The notes below the pieces were generated by a model that worked only from the letters and a program-made list of their open reading frames with translations, had not been told where the DNA came from and made no database searches. Shown here in pieces: positions 22,270 to 33,400 of a DNA stretch of 41,067 nucleotides. The translations under genes were made by a program, and so were the position numbers. Source of the DNA: Welwitschia mirabilis (lineage: Eukaryota); contig JBOZIK010000001.1 in assembly GCA_051453625.1 (NCBI GenBank), forward strand, positions 12,628,630 to 12,669,696, in the 5' to 3' direction. Numbering within the stretch: position 1 is the stretch's first letter; the number at the start of each line of letters is the position of its first letter.

Positions 22270-25200
22270 GAGAAACGATAAATAGATTATATTAACTCAA
22301 AATAAGAAAAAGTTACAACATAGCTTAAGAGCTAGATTTCCAATCACGATAGAAGTCTCTCTGGTATTCAAACCCCCAAACATCAGCATCTAATTTTCTC
22401 AAACTGGGTTCCCAATTCCAATCACAAAGAGGTTCAAAAAGAGCATACCCCAAGGGGTTTACAACAAAACAATATTCATTAGGGGCATATTTTGGAGGGA
22501 GGGGAAGCCAATCGTCTTGTTTCCTCCCCAACATTTTCTTCTTGTTGCTGTTCCTCCTCCTCCACAGCTTCTTCCTCATACTACTATTGTTTCATTTGTT
22601 CTGTTTTTGGTGCGTTGTCAGTGTGTCCAGGAGGCGCGGGGAAGCCGTGCTCTTCATCACTCTCTTTATACTTTGGCGGTTCCCAGAACAACGACTTTTG
22701 CACAAGTCCCATTGGGATATTTTGCTAAGCTAATATGCTAGCATCAATCTGCATTTTCCTTTGAAATAATAACCAAATCAACCCTTCATGGCGAGCCTTG
22801 CAGCTTTAGAGGGAGTAGTGAAGAGAATCAGAGAGAAGGAAAGGGAGATCTATCTGGAACTCTCCCATCTTGACAATAAGGAAGTGGAAGTGGAGCTCAT
22901 TTATCTTGTCGAAGTGGCCCTCCAAGGTGAAATATTTCATGATCAAAGCAACCCAAGAATCAATTGGCCTTGGCAGATCCTTCCTTCTATAGCTTCCTCC
23001 TCTCTTTCTTAGAGTTTTTCCAATCAGTTGTTCAAAATGAGGAACTATGGAAGCCTTGGGGGACCCCATTTTAGCTTTATTCCTTGGGGACCTATGCGAA
23101 TGGCATCACTAATAGAAGAAATATCAATAAAGATGGTAATGTTACCTATCTGAGTAGCTTTGCCATTCTAGTTTTTGAAAAATTGTTTGGAGAGATCAAG
23201 ATCATGTCCTATAAGGCTAAGGACATAAGAATCCCATCTTGCTACTTGAAAGGCCTCCCAAGTTTGCTCATAGTGTAGCAGCGCGTCATGCTTGACAGGT
23301 TCAGTTCTCAGAGCCTTCCCCATGTCTTTTGACGCATTGATATCACAGTGGCTGCTCGGGCGCGGTTCGGACACTCCACTCCAGTTCGAACACTCCACTC
23401 TGGCTCGGTTCGGACGCTCTCGATTACGCGTTTCCTTGCAAATTGGGCCCGGTTCTGTGTGTAGGGTTTGGGCTACCATGTTTTTTATAGACTTGGATTT
23501 GATCCAATTCTTCAGTTTGTTTGATGATTTTGAATTTCAACTTTGAGAGGGATATTTTTTCCTACTGAAAGATAATATTGCATCTATGTTTCCACAAAAG
23601 CCAAGCACCAATAATCATGAAGACATTTTTTTGGAAAGAATTGAAGGTATCCAAGCTAATGTGAGAAGGGGGAGGTATATTTAGCCCTCTCCAGAGATCT
23701 TTTATAGTAGAACATTGAATGAAGAGGTGCTTTTGGGATTCATTTTCTTCATGGCACATTGGACAATCTTGATCAACTCTTAAATTTCTTTGAATGAGCT
23801 TGTCTGTTGTGGAAATACATCCTTTCAACATATACCACTAAAACATCTTAATTTTCTTTGGAATATCCAGCTTCCACAGTTTCTTCCATCTATGATCATA
23901 CTCAAACAAATTATGATAGATTTCTGAAATGCTTATTTTACCATTTTGAATAGGAAGAGTTTGATTTTCAAAAACCTATGGCCAAACCTCTCTTGTAGAA
24001 CGAATCTTGTGCTTCCAAAAAGTAGAGTGCCTTTCTTTATTGCTATAATCCTCTTTAAAGAATTTAACCCAGAGAATGTTGTTGTCAGACAGAAATCTAC
24101 AGTAATGCTTTGCAAAAATACATTTGCTTATGTCCATAATTTTTCTAATGCCAGGACCATTTGCTTTCTTTGGCATGGCAGTTTGCTCATAGTTTATAAG
24201 ATGAAGCCTCTTGTGAGACTTGCCGCCCGACCAAATGAAAATTTTAAGATAATATTATCTATCAGGCTGACATACTTTTTAGATATAGGAAAGCAACTAG
24301 TAGGGTAAATGGTCATGCTTACTAGGCAAGATTTGGCAAAAAGAACTTTCCCCGCACTTGATAAGAAGTTGTTTTCCTATCTAATTAACCGAGTTGCAAA
24401 CTTCCTCACCATGGAAGGCCAGATGTTATCAGCAATTTGATCTAAATTAAAAGGAAGACCAAGATAGGCATTAGGAAATGCTGCTTGTGAGTATTGAAAA
24501 ACCTGTAAGATAGATGTATTCCTTGTTTGGGGAGTATTGATGAGAAAGAGTTTTGATTTGTGCCAATTTATTGCAAGACCAGAGAAATCATGGAACTTAT
24601 TTAAGAAATCACGAGTATGCGTTGCCATAGGAAGACTTAAGACCAAGCAAAATAGAGTCTCATTTGCAAATTGAAGAATAGGATGAGAAGGAGCTAATTT
24701 GATGGCTGAAATCTGATTTTGATTTTGAGTGAAGATTCTGGCTAAGGAATCCATCACAAGAACAAAGAGACTAGGAGAAAGGGGATGGCCTTGACGCAAG
24801 CTGCTGTTACCTTGGAAGTAACCGTATCTCTCCCCATTGACCAAACCGGAGAAGGTCAGTGTTGAGATACAGAGATGAATAAGACGCTTGATAGGCATAG
24901 GTACATCACACTCCTATAACACATAGTTTGCTATTTCCCAATGGACTGTATCAAATGCTTTGGCTATATCAAGCTTAAGGAACATGTAGGTTTACTTCTT
25001 CTGTGGTGCAAATCTAGGATTTTATTAGCAAGAATGATGTTGTCGTGGATGACTCTTCCTGAAGCAAAATCGGACTGAGAAGAGAGGACCATATCTGGAA
25101 GAAGCACTTTAAGCTCGTCTACAATAATCTTGGTGCAAATCTTATAGAAAACATTACAAAGTCTGATTGGCTTGTATTGGTGAGGGCTTTCTACATCTTC

Positions 25201-25568
25201 TATTTTGGGAATAAGAGTGATAAGAGTGTCATCGAAAGGTTTGTAAAAGGTACCTTTCTCTACTGTTTCTTGGATTGCATCATAGACATCAAGTTTGATA
25301 GTATCCCAGAAAGTCTGATAGAACTCTATAGTGAAACCATCAGGGCTCGACGCCCTGTTCTTTTTCATTGAGTTAATGGTGTTACAAATTTCATCCTCTG
25401 TGACTCTTTGGCTCAAGTAACATTGTTGTTTTTTAGTGATAGGAGGACCAACTGGGACGCTGCTGAGAACCACAGGCTTTTCTATAAACAATTTCTTGAA
25501 ATATTTAACAAAAGAATTGGCAATCTGAGCGTTGGACTTGTAGCATGTGGTTGACGCACTCCACTACA
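22270..25568 (-). mobile_element. 5'-truncated L1-type LINE (LINE-B): RT + zf-RVT (~25560-23490) and extra ORF3 (~23479/23323-22325), flanked by a 10-bp TSD
   Basis: RASSPDGFTIEFY, LIPK, YKPIRLCNVFYKI, LRQGHPLSPSLF, QFANET, YLGLP, CPMC...HLFIQC. TACTATTTTT at both 22260-22269 and 25569-25578. Confidence 0.93.
22325..23479 (-). pseudogene. LINE-B extra ORF3 (~330-385 codons; a few stops and frameshifts), plant retrotransposon accessory-protein-like
   Basis: MGKALRTEP...WEAFQVARWDSYVLSLIGHDLDLSKQFFKN*NGK...IDISSISDAIRIGPQG...KDLPRPIDSWVALIMKYFTLEGHFDKINELHFHFL...IDLPFLLSDSL...RHEGLIWLLF, then an acidic/Q-rich linker and a W-rich C-terminus. Confidence 0.8.
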
Positions 25569-25998
25569 TACTATTTTTCTGCCTGTGTCTGTTTGCCGTT
25601 TGGAGTATGAACTTCCCCTTACCCAAAAAAGTGAAAGTTGTAAGTGATAACTGGGGTATGAACCTCCCCTTGCCCAAAAACGTGAAAGGTAGGGTGTACA
25701 CATTTCCCCATATAACCTTCTAGAAGAATGTGCAAAAGTAGGATAAGTCATGACAATTACAGAAACGACATGGCATGATTGTACTTAGGGAGTCTTGGTG
25801 AAATCTGCTTTTTGGAAGATTAGAAGTTATATTACACAACTTTTCCTCCTCAAAAGGTGTGCCTATCCTAGTCAGGTATACCCTTAATCATGCGTCAAGA
25901 GAACCTCGGTTACCTCTAACCCTCCCATTCCATTCCTCATCCCTTTGTCCATATTTCCTTTCTCCATTTGTTCATGTGGACGATTGGTGGTGGGCAAG

Positions 25999-27249
25999 TG
26001 TTGGGTGGCAACTCAAACCATAAATGCTGGGTGACAACCCTGTTTTGCTTTCAGGCCATATTCTACCTCGCTCCTACTGTCTCATCACCTTCTCTTCCTC
26101 CCCATCCTTCTCTCTTCTTTCCCCATCCATTTTCTCCTCTTTCCTTATCCCTTTCTCCTTCCTCTTTCTTTCTTCACTTCCTCCTCATCTTCTCCTTATG
26201 AATTCCATGCCTTGGGCATGGAATCCAGTCCTCTCCCATGCCCAGGGTGTGGAAGAAATCCTAGTCCCTCCTCCAGCATTCAGCTATTGCCCCTTGCTCA
26301 ACTTGAGAGATCGACACTAGCTCTAGTCACAGGTTCTGCAATAGCTCTAGCTCCTTTAGCTCAATGCTTTGCTTTCAGTTAGAGTCTCTAGCCTTTTGAC
26401 TCCAAAAGAAGACCTCATTATGTAGCATCCCCTTCCCAACATGTCTCCTTGACCCTACTTCCTCCCATTTCCCATCACCTTGTCCCTTTTACCCTTCCTC
26501 TTTCTTCCTTTTCACCTCATCTCCCTTCCTTCCCTTCTCACATTCTCCCTAGCCTCCAAATTCCATGCTATACATGTGAAATCCAACACCTTCCACATGA
26601 TGAGCATGGAATTCACTTCTAGGCTCCCTTCATCCTTGGCTAGATGTTAGTCTCAGACAACTCGAAGGAAGAAAAATCAGATGATGAGCCTCTTTCACTA
26701 GCTTGGATCTTCAACTTGGGTCTCCAACTTCATCTCCTTTAGCTATTAGAATAGCTCTAAACCTAACCTCAACTAGAGACGCCCTTCTCCACTCCATGCC
26801 TAAGGACCTTTCTGCTTCAACTTTCTCCTTCCTTATCTCCTTTCTACCTCCTTTTCCCTCTCTCTGCCTTTTCCTTCCCTTTTTCTTTTTCCCTTCTTCC
26901 TTCCTTCTCTCTACCTTACCCAACATCTCATGAGTTCCACACACAAGGCATAGAATCCAAGGCAATTCCACACCTTGGGTGTGGAATCTGGAGCCCACCT
27001 CCCTCTTCCTTTGTAGTCCTCTAACTTTGAGCCTCCAGTCCATTTCCGATTGAATTAGACTCCTTCTCGAGCTGCTTCCTCTTTAGAAACTCAATTTTTT
27101 AGTGGATGTCAAATGGCTTTAACCCTTGCGTATCTTCTTCCACTGAGGACACAATCATCAGATTCAGATAATCACTTCAAATCCAAAAGAGTTCTAAAGT
27201 TGCACGAAATCTTAGAACGTGCGAGAATCAAGCGAGCTTACCTCCAACA
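25999..27249. mobile_element. Solo-LTR-like element (~1.25 kb)
   Basis: Termini TGTTGG...CCAACA (6-bp inverted repeat). The same left terminus is shared with the copy at 3833. No matching TSD seen (GCAAG vs TTTCA). Confidence 0.65.
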
Positions 27250-28700
27250 TTTCATGACAAGGTGTGCTTAGCAGAGTGATCCTCTCTGGCACCATCAAGG
27301 ACCAGCCAGACATCTTATCGATGCTTCTTCATTATTCCAGGTGCTGCTGTATTGTTGGATCCTAGCGAGCTTAAGGATAACAAGGAGATGCTATCTGGGC
27401 CCCATCATTACATCCCTTTTCCTTTGTTCCATGTCACTACCTCTTCTCTACCTTGTGTCAAAGAGGCAGTTTTTACCTTTCTCTCTTGCTTCTCGGTCTC
27501 TGCATATGATTTATTACTGAAGTTTTTCAATTGGTGTAAATTAGTTTTTTGTGTGAATTTAATTTATTTTTCCTTTGTTTATCATTAAGTTAGTATTTGA
27601 GATTGCTACATTCTTCACATTCTTGTGTTTATTCCATATTTCCCTTAATGTGCTTTCCTATGCAAGAAAAGAGTTTCCTAAGCAGAACCACACTGTATTG
27701 ACATATCATGTCAAGCATGTTCTATCCATAGAGAAACAATTAATGAATGTGTAGTTTGCACCTACAATTGTTTTAATGAGTGAATTACGCCTATCTTCGT
27801 TTCTATGATAGTCACAAAATGTGCCATTGTATTTGACTCTCAGTTTTGAAAGACATTATTTGTGCAATAGAACTAGAAGAAAATTGTATCAATATGGTTA
27901 TTCACAACTCAGAAAATATTCAAGTAGGACTATCTTAAATAAAAACCAAGGAATATTTTAAAGGGCAATTATATCAATCTTATCCTTAAATCTCTGTTCA
28001 GCATCACATAAGAATAATATTAAAGATAAATATCCTGTATCATGGTTACAACAGGGTTCAAAGCTCTAATTTCTCATGCTAACTCATAAAGCATATAAAT
28101 AATTGATATGAAAACATAATGTAGGTTTCAGGAAGGCTCACGCGTATTTTTCATGTTTTATGTTTCCATGGAGAATATCTTTGATAATATTACAAACTCT
28201 TATAATATTAATGATATTTGCAAGATGTATGAAACGCATACCACATCAAAATATTGCATGAATGAACTACACAACTAGCAATTCATGCCAACTAATCATG
28301 TTTTACTTCTAAAAGAACGATCAAGTATTTGAGTTTTAAAAACACTGTTCTTGGTTAGCCTTAAGGATACTTTGTCTTCCAAATATTATAAATTATTCAC
28401 TATTATTCTCATAGTTTTTAATACCTGAAATAGGTCTGATTTTCATTTGTCTTAGTTTATAATTTATGTCTTTGTTGTGAGGAATAGTTATCAATTACTT
28501 AGTTGGTAATGACAGTTACTTGCTTTCCTACCTAGAAGTTCTAGTAGCTTGTTGTTTTTTCTAAAAGCTTGTCTGTTCATTTTCATGAACTGAAATCATA
28601 AAGACTGATGACATGAATTTATGGTAACTAAAATATAAAACATGGTTGTTGTAATAACAATACATGCTTTTACATTGACAAGTTACAATTGTACTTGCAG

Positions 28701-28919
28701 ATAAAGGTTGTACCTTTTGAAGATGGGAATAGTTTCGAACCTTTGCATTTGACTACACACTTTCCTGAATTGTATCCATCATCTGTTCCACCTGTAGTAG
28801 AGATAGAGGCAGCATGGCTTCATGATAACACAAGGGAACGGATTATAATTGAACTTCAGGACATCTTTAAAAAGGATATTGGAAATGTAGTTGTGTTCAA
28901 ATGGATTGACTGGTTAAAG
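28701..28919 (+). CDS. IMPACT: RWD-domain protein (IMPACT/Yih1-like), exon 3 (IKVVPF...FPELYPSSVPP...AAWL...IGNVVVFKWIDWLK)
   Basis: Acceptor TTGCAG|, donor AAG|GTAATC, 219 nt, phase 0-0. Contains the RWD YPxxxP motif. Spacing and the extreme N-terminal position fit IMPACT better than RNF14-type RWD, but the C-terminal UPF0029 domain is not in the window. Confidence 0.85.
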
Positions 28920-30935
28920 GTAATCTATTTGTTTTTTGGAATTTGTAAATCCAAAGGTTTCTTTATGTTTATATTTGTTGATACTAAAAACTCATAGCAG
29001 TAACTAAGGTTGAAGACCTATCAACTATTGAATCTTGTAAAATTTATAGTACAAAGTAACCTCGTTTGTTCTTAGGATGTGGGATATGCAAGTTTTTGTG
29101 AAAATTCAAAATACATAGACTGATGGTGACTGTGGGTGAGATAGAATTTTCTTATATTTAAAAACTAAAAGATGCCTTGCCTTATGTGTGAATAGGGGCA
29201 GCTTTTGGAGGGTTACTAAGAAACACTACCAGTACAGATTTAAAAATAGAATCAACTGAGTAACCAAATAGAACTGCTGATGGGAAGCTTAACCGAACTT
29301 GAAGGTAAACAAAAACAAACACGAGAAAGAGATTAGAAGTTGTCCATAAAATGAAAAGTCACTCTTTTTTTTTTTTCGGCTTGTTTCTTTCTTTTTTTTT
29401 TTTTTTTTTGGTTCCCGGTGTGTTGGAGGGAGCAGTGGGGTTTATTGATTTCTTTACTTTTCTGTTTTTATCATTTCAAGATTAAAACTGTGTATGCCAG
29501 TTTATTACTCAGGGAAATGTTTATTTGTTCGAAGTTCCAATTTACTTTTTAAAAGAGAACATTGTGCCAAGAGATATCACTCTAGCAGGGTTTATTTTTA
29601 ATTTTTAAATTTTTAGACCTCTTAGATGTAGACTTTTAAAGAGTTTTTGTTACTTTTAGCTTTTTAGATAAAATTAATATTAGGACCTTAGTTATTTTTA
29701 ATAATATTTTGCCCATAGTTTAAGTTTAATTTTATTTTTTCAAAGTAATGGGCTATTTACATATAGGCCATGATTCTAACTATATCCTAACCAAGGTTTT
29801 AAGGATTGCTCAAAACACCTGGCATAATTAAAGGCAATGCTTAGGCCTTTATTGGGAACATTTTGATGTTTTTGTTAATTCTATTCTTTTTGGTGTTTTT
29901 GTTTATACATTTGCTATGATTTATTCTCTTTTTTTTAAAATCTGTTTTTTCCTGCATGAAAGCTTTGGATTTTTCTGCTTTTCTGTGAGTGCTTCTTTTA
30001 CCCAAATTCTAGTCATATATTCTTCATAGCTCAAAACTGTGAAATCCCTAGAAAAGTGATGCCACAGAGCTCATGGTGGGAAAATCTCAATTTTCCATGA
30101 TAATGACTAGTGGAGGTAATGGAATTTCAAATGATTTCTAGAAAGAATCATCAAACTTATTTGGAATCAAAATCAAATTTAAAAGGTGATGAATGGTTTC
30201 CAGATGAGAGAGTGTGGCAAATCCTTTTGCAGGATGAACGTTTGGAGAGTGCCATGAGAGATGTTGAATTGTTTAGGAAGCTTGAAGATCTGGGGGGAAA
30301 AAAGACACAGATGTACCTTGAGTGGATGCAGGAGATCAGTAAGTTGATATGCAAACTTTTGGGGAACAACAGAAGGGAAATGAAATGCTCTCTCCTTCTG
30401 ATTGATTCTCTTTTTCTGTGTTACTTTTAAATTGTCCATCATCACTTCTCTTCCGTTTCCTATTGATTTTGACGTTGTACTTCAAGTACTTCTACAAATG
30501 AAATAAAACTTAATTATACCATTTCCTTTGAAATTTTAGAAGCATTGTATTTGGAAAGGGATCTAATAAGAGTATAAAAGGAAACTGTAAAGCTTAGAAG
30601 TTTGAGGGGTCCCTTATTTTATGGCTGTGCTGTTGAGTATATCACTTGACAACCAAACTATCTTCATTGTAACAGGAAATCTAGTCACTGATACAGATGT
30701 TCATTAAATAGCCACGGGGATTTCAACCTCCACGCCATCCTTTGCCTAGATCTTATACTGTCGCATTGGAAAGGTAACTGATGAAACCAAAATTAGGTTA
30801 GAGCTTCATAGCTCATGTTTCCAGTCCAGAAGTGACTTGGGTATATACAGAAGAAGCTAAAGCAATGGGAATCAACTTGTGGATGGTGGGCTTTGGAGAG
30901 TTCCATGTTAATCTGGACTTTGGAGTATTGGATGT

Positions 30936-31468
30936 CAATGATTTAAAAAGGGCAACATGTCTCCATAATTGGGCCACATGTAGCGCAATAAACCTTTTGG
31001 GTTTATGTCTTTTGCATAGCGACATTTTCCCCAACATTTTCAAAAACTTGGCAAGATGTGGCCATGAGTAAAAGTTTGCGACATGTCACGACTTAAACTC
31101 AAAATGTCACACTCAATGGGAAAAAGGTAGAGAATAAAAGGAATCACAAAGGATATATTTGGGTCATGTACATGATAATTGGCTTCCAACTCATTTATAC
31201 ACATCAAATGCTTTTTTCATTACTTCATTTTAGTTCTTTTAAGCTTATACTATCTATGACTATTATGAAGTTATTAATTCTCACTTCATTTTAGTCCTTT
31301 TAAGCTTATACTATCTATGACTATTATGAAGTTATTAATTCTCACTTTTATAAAAAAATAATTGCCGACATTTTGCAACGAGATTCTGTGCTGACATGGC
31401 AACATGTCTCCTCGACACGACTTTTTTAGGCCACCGACATAAATGAATTACCAACATTTACATCACTG
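30936..31468. mobile_element. Non-autonomous hAT element (MITE, 533 bp)
   Basis: TIRs CAATGATTTAAA / TTTACATCACTG (10/12). 8-bp TSD TTGGATGT (30928-30935) / TTGGACGT (31469-31476). Subterminal GACAT/ACATGT repeats. Confidence 0.85.
31222..31343. repeat. 61-bp tandem duplication inside the hAT MITE
   Basis: Two near-identical units, 31222-31282 and 31283-31343. Confidence 0.95.
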
Positions 31469-31883
31469 TTGGACGTTAAAGATTGTGTTGAATATTGCTT
31501 GATAAGACGAATTTGATATAACAAGTGATAGAGCATTTGGTATTCAGATTTTGGGCTTTAATTGTTGTTGTCCTACAATAAACTGAAACTTTCAACATTG
31601 GACCATGGATTTCTTGGTTATGAATTAATGGACAAACTTTTCCTTTGTCACAGGTAAATTGATTTAATTTTATTTTGTTGAAATGAGATTTTAATTTGCG
31701 AACAGCTGATTGATTTTATTGATGTTGAACTTTAGCCCTTGATTTTGATGTTCTTGATTACATTCTGCTTCTAAAACTTGGTAAATTAGCAGCAATATGC
31801 AACAAGACGTGAACCAAACTTTCAGCTGATGAGATTTCCCTGTTGAAGAAATCTGAACATGCTACCCTTTAGGAAAAGACCTC

Positions 31884-33400
31884 TTTTTTTTTTTTTTCGT
31901 TTTCTTTGATTTTAGTGAGTAGTAAACTGGTGTCTATGATCCTCCAACGTCATTTTAGTCCATAGCAGCAAAAACAATGCATACTGTGTACTACATGTAA
32001 AATACTTAATGAGATTGCTGAAAGTTCCAGCCAAAATTGAGCAGAAATAGCATCAGAAGTTCCAGAACAAATCACAAAACAGAGTTCAGTGTTACTAACT
32101 ATTATGGACTGAATGAAACACATTGTTCAAAACCAAACAGTTTACCAAAGCTGCAAGACATTCAGTCAGTGACTGGGGTTTCTCAGCTAATTTCTTCACA
32201 TCCTCCTTTGACATGGCCCTTCCCCTGTTTTCAGTTTTTTTTTCCACGTCCAATTTAGCTACCTGAAAGATTTCCTCTTCAGCACTATTCATCTTCCTAC
32301 CATCTTCTTACCATCTTCTAGATTTGCAGATTCTTCTGCAACTTCCTCCATTTTGTTATCCACCACTATATTGTCCATTGAAATTGTTGATCGCAATCCC
32401 AGTTAGGGTTGTAGTACCTGAAACTTCAAATTGCACATTTTTCTTAGGACCCTGAGTCAACTTGGCATCAAGATCCCTGTTCCTTAGATGTCCTGGATGA
32501 TAGCATCCTAGTTTTCACAGGCCATTTTATCTTGTTTAACCCCTTGTCATTATAGTCTGCTCTGTTTCATCTTCTGAAGACACCAACTACTCTTTCTATG
32601 GCTGCATGTCAGTATCTTCACTCCACTGGGGCAAAGATATGTGGCAACTATGAAGCCTGTAATTGTCTGACCACCTTTGTAGTTCCCACTATTTCTTGAA
32701 CTAGGGAGGAAGCTGAGTTGAATGTCATACCATTTCTTGCACAGGTCAACATTATGAAAGTAAAACCAGACAAAAACTCTCTTTTGCAAGATAAGAGTTC
32801 TGAAAAATTGGAAACTGACACTGTTTGCCTGCCACTCTTTCTAGTTTCTGTACTTCTGTTTCAATATAGAGCTCACACAAGCAGCATTGTCCTTTCTGCC
32901 TAAGGAACTCTTTGAGTTATGAAAAGGGATAGCACTTGAAGAGGCCTATCAACAGTGTACCTCAAATTGAACTCCAATCTTTTCTCTGTAGTCTGAAACA
33001 CAAGGTCTTCAATTGTTGCTGAGTTGTCTTGCGTCATTGCAGCTGCAGTATCCGTAACAAAGCCGTACATCTGTAANNNNNNNNNNTCCAGGTCAGTTTC
33101 CTCAAAATATTCCTATAGCCAAAAGTCATTTTGTAGCTCCAGTGAAGTCCTCCTCAGTGAGGGAAGACAATATTGAATTCCATTGCGTATCCATTGGAAA
33201 CCATAGTAAGCCAAAGCACAGAGTTGCCAGTTGTATTGAAAGCTATTCCATACTCTCTCAACTGAGAAAATCTTATTTTGAAATGCAACCAGATTTCATT
33301 CCAGCCAAATTAAGTAGAAAAAGATTGGAATTACCATCCAGACCTCTGTCCTCCAGGAATCATCTTTGTCCCACCAGTTCCAGATGGGCATCCAATCTGT
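31884..33400 (-). pseudogene. Probable decayed retrocopy of an unidentified gene
   Basis: Higher-GC coding-like minus-strand sequence with many stops (QKGQCCLCELYIETEVQKLE...; SKEDVKKLAEKPQSL), a UTR-like stretch, then a T14 tract at 31884-31897 (poly-A on the minus strand). No TSD found. Confidence 0.4.
33077..33086. other. Assembly gap (10 N)
   Basis: Run of N. Confidence 1.

Noticed and set aside
25968-27043. Ser/Pro/Phe-rich and Lys/Arg/Glu-rich ORFs (also 3858-4067)
   Set aside because: By-products of polypyrimidine tracts in the LTR-like repeat.
28920-28997. C-terminal extension of ORF 28689-28997 (VIYLFFGICK...)
   Set aside because: Read-through into the intron past the AAG|GTAATC donor.
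30676-30773. Candidate exon between AACAG| and AAG|GTAACT
   Set aside because: Stop codons in all three frames.
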